Assembly (NCBI GenBank): GCA_030770535.1 | Contig: JASVEC010000014.1 | Location: forward strand, 806,001 to 870,000 | Direction: 5' to 3' | DNA length: 64,000 bases | Source: Batkoa obscura | Taxonomy: Eukaryota | Shown here: piece after piece, positions 33,666-46,603 of the stretch | Position numbering within the stretch: the stretch's first letter is position 1 | Layout: each line of letters begins with the position of its first letter | Notes under the pieces: generated by a model | What the model was told of the DNA's origin: nothing | The model's input: only the letters and a program-made list of their open reading frames with translations | The model's database searches: none | Position numbers and translations under genes: made by a program

Positions 33666-34116
33666 GCTGATATATCTTAGTAAATAGATAAGTTTAAAAA
33701 TGCAAGATCACTTTTTAAATAAAAGGTAGCTTTTAATAATGAAAATAAAAATTGAAAGGTGCTATATTATTAACTTCATGTTTATATTTATGTTTAAAGT
33801 TTTAATAATAGTTGGCTCTACCAGAGAAAAGGTTATCTTTTATAGCTTTTATATCAACTACATAATAAAGATGTTCTTTTTTCTTTTAATTGCTGCTTAG
33901 CAATCAAGTTAGCCCTTATAAACATCCTGGAAGCAGGATAAAATTGAAGTTAGATTTTATAAAACATTATTAGTTATATAAACCACTTTAAAAATTGCTA
34001 TAAAAATATCAAAAGCAGATAAAACAACACAGTAATTGAACAAGTATTATAATATCCTCATCTTTTTTCACATTTATAATACAAAGAATTAAAATTGTTG
34101 GCAGTGAAATATCAGC

Positions 34117-34219
34117 ATATGGGGATGTATTTTTGTATTTAAAAATTTTACTAACAATTTTTCCACGAAATAGCACAAAGATGGAAAAAGTAATGAAGCC
34201 AAAAAAAACATCACCATAT
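34117..34219 (-). mobile_element. MITE copy forming the left outer arm of the composite element
   Basis: ATAT-GGGGATGTAT...ACATCACC-ATAT; its right ATAT is the same 4 bp that precede the transposon TIR. Confidence 0.9.
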
Positions 34220-36678
34220 GGGGTTGTCTGAATTAGTTTCATTATTTTATCCAATTTTTGAAAAATTTTGTATTTTAAAAACTTCGCTTAAAATTCTATA
34301 AAATCACATCTTTTATTAAAACAAAAGTACCCAAACACAGTTCTAAATCATTCTATTATAGCTCATACTGTAAGTTAGTTGAATTTCTACTAGATCTTAA
34401 ATACATGTTCTTATAAAGCTTAATTGAGAAATATTTATTATCAACTGCTTTATAACCAACATCGTAGATTTATTATCAAATAAATAAACTACTTTAATGT
34501 TATAATTACATTATTAATATATTGCCAAGTTAATAAATAGCTGCATGGGAGGGAGTGGTCAGCCCCAAAACTATAATTAACCATCCCTATATAGTACAAG
34601 TAATAATAGTTTTTACATATTATTACAGTTACTTGTTCTTTGACTATTTATTAACTTAGCTATTAATAACTTAAGTAATCCTAACATTTAACAATCTATT
34701 TCTATCATTCAACAAACTACTTACTTGCTTAGTAAATATCGAAATTTTCAAATTCTCTGTTATCTTCGTAAGGTAAGCTGGGATCGATCTTTTAATTTTT
34801 CTGTTTTCTATAGACTCTATAACTTTAATTGGGACTATATCGCTTTTTTTTGATGTATCAGATACTGGATAACAATGTAGTTTATTGTTATGTTTAATAA
34901 AGTGTAAATACTTCTTAATGCCCTGCATCTCTATTATTCTTTTTGTATTTTTGTTTCTTTTATACTTTTTAAAAATTATATCTGTTTTCCCATTATTAAC
35001 AGTCGAGTTATTAATTTTATTATGCTCGCAAATAAAAGCCTCAAATCTTGAAATTAATTGATCGATATCTTCTATTTTACCTAACGCTTCAAAACTACTT
35101 TTCCATTTTGAAAGGTTTCCAAAATGTCCATCAACTATACTTTTTCCATGATGCTCAGCAAAAAAATTAAGATTAACATTCAAACTACTATTTATTTTAT
35201 GAATTTCTTTAAACATATAATGTAAGAACTCTTGGGATCTAAAATGATTTCCTGTATCTGCCCATATATTAATTTTTGTAAACTTTTTAAATAGAAGCTC
35301 TGTAGAGATTAAATCGATTAAACAATCTCCTGCATATGCTGAATCATGATTCAATATTTCAGATAAATAATCAAAGTAAACTTTGCCTATTGTTTTATCA
35401 TCTTTTAAATATAATACACCAAAGCCTAATACTGATATAGCTTGTTTATTATAATGATCTAAATTTATTGAATCTGGTCTTGTCCCTATTTCCATATTTT
35501 GTTTAAAATCTAAAACTATTATACAACTTTTGTTATTTAATTTTTTGATAGTTTCATTAAATGTGTTTTTTTGAGTATCAACACAGAATTTATGTAATTT
35601 GTATAATTTTTCTTCTTCGTTGAAAATTTCTTGTATCTCTGCTTTGTTTTTTGCTGTATTTATTTTATTTTCAAATAACTTTTTTCTAACTGTATACTGG
35701 GTACATATATTACATAGATCCGTTTTTCTTGCTGGATTTTTGAAATTAGTTGGTATATATTTAAAGAACGTTGACCTGGCTACTGCTTTATCTCTTAGAT
35801 CATTCAAATATTTACTATATATCATTCTTCTACTTTTATTTAATATATATATATTATCTGATGAATATTTACTATCGTTATTTTTTTTATTAAATCTTGA
35901 TGAAATAGTTGAATCATTTAGTAAATATTGTATGATAGTTTCAATTTGGTCATCTTTAATTTTTTTTGTATTTTTAATAATAGGTTTTAATGTTGATATT
36001 TTATTATTATTACTTGTTTTTGAATAATCATATTGATTTCTATTTATATTAAACCCAAAACTCTTACATTCATCAAAAGAATATACTGAAGCTATAGTTG
36101 ATAATAACGCTACTTGCTGACTTTTGTTTCCTGTTTCCCTTAAAGCACTAATTTTATACATTACTTGATTAAGTTTATTATTATCGATAGTAAACTTTGA
36201 TAATATATCTTTTCTTTGTTTTGTTTTATTATAAAATTCCATGAACCTTGGGTTGTTATAAGTAGCTCTTAAAATTGATGTAAATGAATTACAATGTTTA
36301 TATTGTGTACTCCTCCCTATTGTATTGAAGTTTTCAAAAATTCCATTTCGAAGTTTAGTTATGAAAGTTTGCATTTTATTTTTATTTCAACAAAAAATAA
36401 AGTCAAATAACTGTGTTTATATAATTATGTATTTATATAATTATATAATCATATAGTTATATATTATATATCTGTTAAATATCTAACAGAACTAACATAA
36501 AATATATAGTTAGGAAAATTAGCTATTTAAGAAAAGGAAACAATTAAAATAAGTTTTAAATAGAGACATTTAATTTTAGGCTTTTTAGATTTAACCGTTA
36601 TATTGAACACAAACTTGGAATTTTAAATTTGGATTAATTTCTAAGTAGATTCTGAAACCAATTAGGACAGCCCCATAT
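34216..36678 (-). mobile_element. Sola2-like DNA transposon with intact ORF, 22-bp imperfect TIRs and ATAT flanks
   Basis: Left end GGGGTTGTCTGAATTAGTTTCA vs reverse complement of right end GGGGCTGTCCTAATTGGTTTCA (18/22); ATAT on both sides; encloses the transposase ORF. Confidence 0.85.
34671..36374 (-). CDS. DDD transposase, Sola2-like (567 aa)
   Basis: DLCNIC...H zinc motif, LDFKQN, WADTGNHFRS, FFAEHHGKSIVDGHFG (HGK...DG signature recalled for Sola2). Confidence 0.8.
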   Translation of the reverse strand: MQTFITKLRNGIFENFNTIGRSTQYKHCNSFTSILRATYNNPRFMEFYNKTKQRKDILSKFTIDNNKLNQVMYKISALRETGNKSQQVALLSTIASVYSFDECKSFGFNINRNQYDYSKTSNNNKISTLKPIIKNTKKIKDDQIETIIQYLLNDSTISSRFNKKNNDSKYSSDNIYILNKSRRMIYSKYLNDLRDKAVARSTFFKYIPTNFKNPARKTDLCNICTQYTVRKKLFENKINTAKNKAEIQEIFNEEEKLYKLHKFCVDTQKNTFNETIKKLNNKSCIIVLDFKQNMEIGTRPDSINLDHYNKQAISVLGFGVLYLKDDKTIGKVYFDYLSEILNHDSAYAGDCLIDLISTELLFKKFTKINIWADTGNHFRSQEFLHYMFKEIHKINSSLNVNLNFFAEHHGKSIVDGHFGNLSKWKSSFEALGKIEDIDQLISRFEAFICEHNKINNSTVNNGKTDIIFKKYKRNKNTKRIIEMQGIKKYLHFIKHNNKLHCYPVSDTSKKSDIVPIKVIESIENRKIKRSIPAYLTKITENLKISIFTKQVSSLLNDRNRLLNVRIT

Positions 36679-36728
36679 GAATTTTTTTTTAAATTAGATT
36701 AAACATGACATAAAAAAGTAACTAAAGA

Positions 36729-36830
36729 ATATGATTATGTTTTTTTGGCTTCATTACTTTTTCCATCTTTGTGCTATTTCGTGGAAAAATTGTTAGTAAA
36801 ATTCTTAAATACAAAAATACATCCCCATAT
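36729..36830 (+). mobile_element. MITE copy forming the right outer arm of the composite element
   Basis: Near-identical inverted copy of 34117-34219, sharing the private variant CTTTGTGCTATTTCGTGG. Confidence 0.9.
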
Positions 36831-38487
36831 GTTATACTAGTTTGAATCTTAACGTATATAATAAGCATAAAAATTAATTCTTTTAATAATAAACAAAATC
36901 TTGATTAAAATTAATACCAAAAACTAAATTTAGATTTTAGTTTTATATTGACATATTTTCAACACCAAAATTTTTATTTTTTAAATAGTAAAACATTTAA
37001 CAAAACTACAGATTAGTGCTTTTATAAGATTTCTTCATAACTTTTAGATAAAATAAAAATCATATAAATATAAATATAAATATAAATATAAATATCATTT
37101 ATTGTAAGAATATATTTATGGATTTTTGTAAGAAATATATTTTAGCTTTTTTAAAATTTAGAGTTTGTTTAAAACAAGTAGTTACAAAATACTATAATAA
37201 AAATTCATAAAGAAAATAAAAGCATGATAATAAATTCTATAGTTAAAATTTTAAAAAAATTCATGAAAGTGAATTTTACAATCTTATCTTAAATAATAAT
37301 AACTTTGATTTTCACAATATTAAAAACTTAAATGTAGTAACACTATATTATTAAGCTTAGGTCATTTGTGTTATTTATTTTAACTTTTCCTCTCATGTTA
37401 ATATTTTTAAAGTGTTTCCACTGGGCAAAAGTTATTGCATAATATTATTAAAAAGTAATAGGATTTTATTGAGAATATAAAACTGTGCAAATACATTGCC
37501 AAGTATTGACTTTCTCTGCTTTCATTAAAGCAACTGTTTTAATCTTTATTTTCTTGTTTAAATTCGCTTTATATTTTGATTAATTGTTAGTACACTGGTT
37601 GTATTTAGACACCTTTTATGCTTTTTAATTTACTGCTAATTTCTTATAAATTTAAGGATTAAAACATTATAATCAATAAATTTGCATAAGAAATCAACAA
37701 CAAATTCAAAAGTAGGAAGACACCTAAGTGTAGTCAGTGCTATATCTTTTTAATAGAATCAATATATTATTGATAAAACTTAGAAATTCTCTAGGCTATA
37801 CTTTTTGTTGAATTGTGTTAGGGTTACAATTACTAATTGAAATATGTTATAAAAATGTATATGATATCTTAGCAATTTTATCTATTAATAAATTTAAAAT
37901 TGCTAGAATTTATCCGAGGGTTTAAAGATGATTAAATTAAAATTAAAAAATTAAAAATATTCTCAATTCAATTATCCACCTTAATAAAATGATAAAACTT
38001 AATTGATAAAACGATTAGATGTTATCCTTAAATAAAATCCTTTAGATTATAACTTACACATCATACTATTTTGTGATAATAAAATTATATAATATTAACT
38101 TTTGAGTCATCCTCTCATTAGATTTGATTGGTCAAGTTTTGAATTAAACTTTAGTTATCAACTATTTTCCCACGATCTAGGGATATAACAAATCAATTCA
38201 ATCGTACCATTTTCAACTATTAGCTTAGGATTAAAAGCATCCGTTTAAGAAGTAGTCACTTACAACTTAATCCTAATAAAAGTTAGTTTAAGAGGTTCAA
38301 GCCATTGGTCGAAAAACGAACGTAACCAATAAAAAACAAATCTAATGCTCACCACTACTCCCCTAAGCAAAAAAGTTCTACGTCAACAAAAAATAGAGAT
38401 AAGCACATAACTATATAAACAGAATAGTTTAAGTTTTGACAAAAATTGATTTACCCTACACTAACTTATTATTAATTGTAAAATAAA

Positions 38488-41400
38488 ATGTCTGCTAAAG
38501 CAATCCGTGAATTTGATGGCAAACTAATATTAGCTCACTGGCTATTAAACTCTCCTCCAGTGATAAAAGATTTAGATACTACCTTTGTACCTCCACCTAC
38601 CCATATTGCCCAATTTAAGATTGAGGAAGTCAATGATACTCTACCAACAGTTGTTGCCCAAAAGTTAAATGAAATGGAAACTGAAAATCCATGGCTTTTG
38701 ACCACCAAATTGGTAGCAAAACCAGATCAATTGATTAAACGTCGTGGTAAGTCTGGGTTACTTTTATTAAATGCCGATTGGGCCCAAGTTAAAGAGTGGC
38801 TTACTCAATATGCCGGTAAAGAAGTTAAAGTAAATTTTTTATTTATTTTTATAGCTAATTTATTAACCTCAAATTAAGGTGGATACTGTAACCGGTACAC
38901 TTAAATCATTTGTTGTAGAACCTTTTGTTCCTCACGCTGCAGATACAGAACACTATATATGTATCCAATCTGTTCGTGAAGGTGATGAAATTCTATTCAC
39001 CCATGAGGGTGGTATTGATGTTGGTGATGTGGACGCAAAAGCTCATCGCTTAATGATTCCTGTAGGTCAAGACTTTCCAACCAAAGAAAAAGTTGAAGCC
39101 GCTCTTTTAGGTAATATCAGCTCATCCAAAAAAGACGTGCTTATCAATTTTATTACACGTCTTTATTCCGTATATGTTGATCTCCATTTCACTTATCTTG
39201 AGATCAATCCTTTGGTTGTACTCGACCCGCCAGCTTCTGATCCTACTGCTCACCCTCAAGTTTATTATCTTGATCTTGCTGCCAAGCTTGATCAAACAGC
39301 TGAGTTTGAAGCTGGTTCAAAATGGTCTATTGCTCGTGCCCATACAAGTAGCGTAAAAGGAGTTGACCAAGGGCCACCTATGGAATTCCCTGCTCCATTT
39401 GGTCGTGATCTTACTGCTGAAGAAGCTTATATCGCTGATCTCGACGCTAAAACTGGTGCAAGTTTGAAACTTACCATCTTAAACCGTGAAGGTCGTATTT
39501 GGACCATGGTAGCTGGTGGTGGTGCTTCCGTTGTTTATAGTGATGCTATCGCTGCTTTAGGGTACGCTAATGAGCTTGCCAATTATGGTGAATATTCCGG
39601 AGCTCCTTCTGAAACCCAAACTTATGAATATTCCAAAACAATCCTTGATTTAATGACCAGATCCGATAGAGTTCATCCAGAAGGCAAAATCTTATTTATT
39701 GGTGGTGGTATTGCTAACTTTACAAACGTAGCAGCTACCTTTAAAGGAATCTCCCGTTCCCTTAAAGAGTATAAACATCAATTGATTAAACATAATGTGC
39801 GTATCTTTGTTCGTCGTGCTGGTCCAAATTATCAAGAAGGTTTACGCTCTATTCGTCAATTAGCTGAAGAATTAAGCTTAGATATTCAAGTTTTTGGACC
39901 TGAAACACATATAACTGCTATTGTTCCTTTAGCACTTAAAGGTCAAGAAATTAAAAATTTTGCCCCTCAATTACTTCAACAAAATACTCAACCAATTAAA
40001 GAGTCTGTAGGTAATGTTTCTAAAACTACAGAGGCAACTAATACTCAATCTACAGCTGAATCAAGCACTGATAATTCATCAGATGCTTCAGCTTCAGCTT
40101 TCCGTCCCTTCTCAAACAAAACTGCTTCATTTGTTTATGGTATGCAGCCACGTGCAGTTCAAGGTATGCTAGACTTTGATTTCATTTGTAAACGTGAAGA
40201 GCCATCAGTTGCTGCTATGATCTACACTTTCGGTGGTAATCATATGCAAAAATTTTATTGGGGAACCAAAGAGATTATGATCCCAGTCTTTAAGTCACTC
40301 AAAGAGGCTACTACTCAATTCCCCAATGTTGATACCATTGTAAACTTTGCTTCTTGTCGTTCAGTACATGAATCTACTATGGATATCCTTGAAAATGCAA
40401 AGAATATTAAATCAATTGCAATCATTGCAGAAGGTGTACCAGAGAGAAGAGCAAGAGAAATTTTATGGAAAGCAAAACAAGAAGATGTTTTAATCATTGG
40501 TCCAGCAACCGTAGGTGGTATTAAGCCGGGCTGTTTCAAGATTGGAAATACTGGTGGTATGATGGACAACATTGTTAGCTCCAAATTACATCGCGCTGGC
40601 TCAGTAGCTTATGTTTCTAAATCCGGCGGTATGTCCAATGAACTTAATAATATTATTTCTCTTACTACTGATGGTGTGTATGAAGGTATCGCTATTGGAG
40701 GTGATCGTTATCCTGGTACTACCTTCATTGATCATTTACTTCGTTACCAACAAGACCCAGAATGTAAAATGTTAGTTTTACTTGGTGAAGTTGGTGGTGT
40801 AGAAGAATACAAAGTATGTGAAGCTATTAAAGATGGACGTATTACCAAGCCAGTAATTGCATGGTGTATTGGCACTTGTGCCAAGATGTTCCAAACTGAT
40901 GTACAATTTGGACATGCTGGTTCAATGGCCAACTCCGATTTAGAAACAGCTGATGCTAAGAACAGAGCATTACGTGAAGCTGGGGCTATTGTACCTCAAA
41001 CCTTTGAAGAATTACCAAAATCTTTAGATGAAACTTATCGTTTATTAGTTCAAGGAGGTGTCATTAAACCACGTCCAGAACCAGAAACTCCAAAGATTCC
41101 AATTGATTATTCATGGGCTGTAGAGCTTGGTCTCGTCCGTAAACCAGCTGCTTTTGTATCTACTATCTCAGATGATCGTGGCCAAGAACTTCTTTATGCT
41201 GGTATGAGGATCAGTGATGTATTTAAAGAAGAGATTGGTATTGGTGGTGTTTTAAGTTTACTTTGGTTTAAGCGTCGCTTACCAGCTTATGCTTGTCAAT
41301 TTATTGAAATGGTATTAATGCTTACTGCCGATCATGGGCCAGCTGTATCCGGTGCCCATAATACTATTGTTACTGCACGTGCAGGTAAAGATTTAGTCTC

Positions 41401-42016
41401 TTCTCTTTGCACAGGTCTTCTTACCATTGGTCCACGTTTCGGAGGTGCTTTGGATGCATCAGCTGAAATGTTCGCTGAAGCTTATGATCAAGGACTTTCA
41501 GCTAGAGAATTTGTAAGTTCCATGCGTAAACAAAACAAGTTGATTATGGGTATTGGACATCGTATCAAATCCCGTAATAACCCCGATCTTCGTGTAGAAA
41601 TTGTTAAGAGGTTTGCTAAAGAGCACTTCCCATCTACTCCTATCTTAGATTTTGCATTAGCCGTTGAGCAAGTTACCACTGCTAAAAAAGATAATTTGAT
41701 CTTAAATGTGGATGGTGCAGTAGCAGCTACTTTTGTAGACCTTTTAAGATTTTCAGGTGCTTTCACAGCCAATGAAGCAGATGAATATATTAAAATTGGA
41801 GCCCTTAATGGCTTATTTGTACTTGGTAGATCTATTGGTTTCATTGGTCATTTCTTAGATCAAAAGAGATTGAAACAAGGTCTTTATCGTCATCCTTGGG
41901 ATGATATCTCTTATATTGATCCCGCTTCTTATACTTCTGGACCTGAACAATCAGTCAATTCAGAACGTACTATGGTCGGTGCTGAAAATATTGCCTCATT
42001 GTCTCAACATAAATAA
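38488..42016 (+). CDS. ACL1: ATP-citrate lyase, single fused polypeptide, one intron (38830-38878)
   Basis: [70 protein letters not shown]. Confidence 0.97.
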
Positions 42017-42306
42017 TCACTTTTAAAAAAGTGCTTTATATCTTATTCTTACATTTTATATTTCTAATTTATGATTTTAAATAAATTTCAAACAAATTTT
42101 TAAATAATTTATACTTAATAATTTATACTTTGATGATATCAAAATACAACTAAATATAAAATAATAATATAAAAGATAGACAACATAATTATAAAATATA
42201 AAATAAATTTAATTTATAACAATCAAATTGCAAAGATAAGGATAAATTAATAAAATTGAATCAACAAACTAAGCTTAAGCTCAAAATTAAAGTAATGTAG
42301 TATAAA

Positions 42307-44798
42307 TTACTCCCCATCATTTAAAATCGAATTCTTTGATTTAGGAGATTCTTCATTTTGTTTAGGTGGAATGCAATTAGGTAATAAATCCACAATATTA
42401 GCCACGTTCTTCCAAACCCTAGACAATTGAGTATGATGAGTCAATTCTAGATTTGCTAATTGTTGATAATTAGCTAGCATCTGTGAATGTTTGCTGTGAA
42501 AATAATCAAATTCACTTATCAAACAATAATTTATAAACACTACTCTTTTCTCCTGTTCTTGTAATTCCTTTTCATCCTATTTTGATTATTATTATTAATT
42601 CATTTAATACTAGTATATTTTCTTACTGAATTTATTAAATTTTGAATTCTTTGTGCTTCAATTTGGTGAGTTGGATCATTTGGTAAAGAATCTACTACTA
42701 TTTGTTGAGTATGAATACGCTCCTTAATTTCTTCAATTGTTACTTCTCTCTTACTATCAACTCTCTCAATCAGTTCCTAAGATTTAATATAAATACTTGA
42801 TATAAGTCAAACTTCAGTAGCTAATATTACTTTTAATGCAATTAAATGCAAATGATGTATTCTAAATCCTTCTAATGCTTCCTTATCTAACGTTTCTGCC
42901 TAAAATAAATTATAAACTAACTAATAAAATAAAATATATTAAATTACGTCATTGATCAATATTATCCCAGCCTTATCAAAATAAGTAGCTACTTCATTGT
43001 ATTGATTAAAGATAGGGACTAAATTTAGTGGATCATTCTCAAAAAATCTAGATTCATAATCTGCTAATGAACTGATTCTTATTTTAATATTTGTTTAATT
43101 TGTAACTTAAATTTTTACCTTAAAGCCTGACTTAACAAAACATAGTCCTTTCCAGATGCTAGTAAAAACAGTAATCTTAATAATTATTAATTTAATACCA
43201 TCAATAAATACCTTGCTGCCTAAGAGTAATTCTTTTAAGCGCTAAGCAAATTTTATCATACTGCTTAATAGCTAACTCCAATTCTTTCTTTGCCCTTTCT
43301 TTACGTTGCAAAATCAGTTGATCATCTAGATTGTAAGTATCAAAATTGAATCTTGTAAATTTAAACTCTTCAAAGGTGTGTACTGTATTCTCAGCTCGAT
43401 ATGTAGTGATTTCCTAGATAGTATTAGCAAACGTTTATATATCCCTAGACAATATTACCACGGGCTCTGTTAAAAATACGTTTAGCATAGAATCATCTTT
43501 TAACACTGGGTGGACCACCAAAAAATTAATGTATCTATTCAAACCAATCTTCCTTTCATCAAAAAACGCTTTATTTCCTAAACATATATTACTATCTTTA
43601 CGCTTAATTTTCTCAAATTTCATTACCTCCGAATTTCTTAGGCGGCAAGATGGGCAACATACGATAAGGGTACCTTTTATACAATAACTCATTCAGCCAA
43701 TAAAAATCAGAATACCTTCTTATCACTGAGCAATTCCGTACCTAATTAAAAATATGTAATTAAACCAATGATTATACTGTTATATATTAATATTATTACC
43801 TTTGATGTGACAATGTAATTCACAAACTTAAAAATTATTCCTCCCATCTCCTTACTTTCTTTAATAGTTACACTATCTTCACCTATGGTAGGTATATCAT
43901 CCACACCCAACTTTGATTTATTGGTACCTACTTTAGTTGATGTCCCAACAGACGATATAGATCCTCCTTTTTCTTCCGCTTTTATTTTACTAACTCTTTG
44001 ACTTGTTCTCCATGGATCATTCATATTATCACTTTTCTGTCTCTGCTTACGTAAAGAATGGAAATTGATGTTTTCAAGACCTGATAGAGATGGTTCAGGT
44101 AAATCTAGGTATAACATTGTTTAGTTTTGAACTTACTGACTTAAACATAAAATACCGTTTTTATACAACTCAAGGTTCTCAATCGTAACATCTAATTAAA
44201 AGATAAGTCAAAAAACTTAACGTAGCTATGATTAAATACCCATATTTTTTTGTGCTAAACCAATTAACCCCAAAATCACAAATAACTCAGTTTTAGAAAT
44301 ATGTGTTTGATTCATTCCTAAAACCAAAAACAAGATCTAATAAAACATAATTATTATAAATTAACTTCAATAATCTCCATTCAATTTTTACCTTGTTAGA
44401 AACAACTTTCGGCAACCCACAAGAGGAAATGATCTTATCCAGGGCAGCTACCGTAATCTGGTTTTCTTCATCAGGTAAAGCCATCTTAAATGTACGCTCA
44501 AAAGAAAGCGGTAGATTAACATTGGCTGAAATAAAGTTAATAAACCAATCAATCAATTAATGATTTTTAATTAATTACCAAATATGCCATTAATATTTAC
44601 AGCGTTATTATCTTCCGTGTTCCAAGGATCCTCTCCTAAAATTTGTTGATTGATTTCAGGTGATATATTAGCGTTGATGTTAAATGAAATGTCTAGTTCA
44701 GGCTCTAACGTTGAGTTTAGTTTGGTTACGTCTGCATAACTGAGACGGCTTTCATCGTATAATGTATCATTGGTTGTAGATTGTAGTGGATCGTTCAT
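42307..44798 (-). CDS. MVP1: Sorting nexin Mvp1/SNX8 (PX-BAR), multi-exon
   Basis: [18 protein letters not shown]...[36 protein letters not shown], helical BAR-like C-terminus. Confidence 0.82.
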
Positions 44799-45358
44799 TG
44801 TTGTTATATGTTTAAAAAATCAAAAGAATGATGCTCCTTTTTGTTTGTTTTTTGAAACTAAATTGGTACGCCAAGCGAGGAGCTATTTTTGAACCAATGA
44901 TGTCAAGTGTTTTTTCCGTTGCTTTTTATAAAATAAAATAGGAAATATCAATGCTTGCAATGAAATAAAATTAAACATCAAAAACTTGAACATTATAAAT
45001 ATAATTTATACTTTTTATTTATTTTCATTGATAAAACATTGTCTTTATTGCTATATAGTATAATATAATAATTTACAAGATTTTATAATTTTTACTATGA
45101 TTATTTATAAAATGCTCACTTTATAGCCACATGAGTCTCTAATACGCCATAAAAACCAGCATAAAACGCCATAGTAAATTTCTCCTTAGCTTATGGTTAA
45201 ACTTTCTAAAACCAAAAAAAATTCGTAGTGATTTTATCGTTCTTTTTGATCAATCTCAATTGTTTAGTAAAATTATTTTATCAGATGAAATCATAGAAAA
45301 TTTATAAAAATCGAAAAATCATTATTATCAATATCTTATAAAAAAATCAAACTGCAAA

Positions 45359-46270
45359 ATGACAATATCGAAACCAAAAAGCACTCAAGTCATACTAAAG
45401 AAGCTCACTCATTCAACGTGTATAAGACAAAGTTTATCTACAACATACAGAAATTTAAACCAAGCCAACTCTGAGACCATTGAAAAGAGATCCTTAACTC
45501 CAGCAGAACTAGAGATGTTAAAACCTATGTTAAGAGTCAACCAAGCAGGAGAAATCGGAGCTAATTATATATATATGGGTCAATATCAAGTTTTTAAAAA
45601 TGACCCAAAATTAGAGCCTTTGATAAAGGTAATTCTAATTAACTAATTTAAATAATTATACTTAAGGCTAACTTTTCTTGTTCATAACAGCACATGTGGG
45701 ACCAAGAGAAGCTTCATTTATCTAAATTCAACTCTTTAATTGGTGACTATAAAGTACGTCCTACCGCACTTACCCCATTATGGGAGTTGGCAGGCTTTAC
45801 CCTTGGTTATGTAACCGCAAGTATGGGCAAAGAGGCAGCAATGGCTTGTACCGAAGCAGTGGAAACAGTGATTGGAGAGCATTATAATGAGTAAGTGGAT
45901 TACAGAAACATTGATCTATTTTAAATTTATAAGAGGTTAACATTTTTTAAACCATAGTCAGTTAAGAGACTTGGCGGAAATTAAAACAGAAGAGATGAAA
46001 GAAATGAGGAAGGTAAGGACTAAAATTGAATACGAGTTATGAGTTTTTATTAAGTTTTTTAAAATAGACAATTAAACAATTTAGAGACGATGAGTTAGAG
46101 CACTTGGAAACAGCAATTGATCATGATGCTCAGAAGGTAAAATAATTTTAACGATTATATTGTATTTTTTGACTTTTGCCTTTTTTTATTAGGCTCCTTT
46201 ACATTCAGTATTAACTGCTGTAATTCAAACAGGTTGTAAGGCAGCAATTTATATTGCTAGCAAGGTTTAA
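45359..46270 (+). CDS. COQ7: 5-demethoxyubiquinone hydroxylase, multi-exon
   Basis: [51 protein letters not shown]. Confidence 0.94.
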
Positions 46271-46603
46271 AATAAAATTTTGAAAAAGATTGTGTTGGAT
46301 TTAGTTTGCGTCACATACGTTTATCAAAGTGATAGAAATAAAATAACAACTACTAAAGTAAGTACTTATACAACATCTTTTAAACAGCTTATTTCATTTA
46401 TTAAATATTGTAAACGATAAACTAGTATATGGGTCATTATTGATAAATTAACAAGAAATTAAAAGACAATAGTTAAATTCATAATTTTGGATGATCATAC
46501 AATGCATTATAGTATTTAATTTGAATTAAAAACCATGCTAATTTTTTAAACAAGCAGCCTTTGTGACGCCATAAAGCTGCGCTATAGCCCCACTCTAATA
46601 TAA

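Noticed and set aside
39174..41844. Short antisense/alternate-frame ORFs within ACL (likewise within pol, gag, the transposase and the 20406 ORF)
   Set aside because: Shadow ORFs of long coding regions with no independent motifs.
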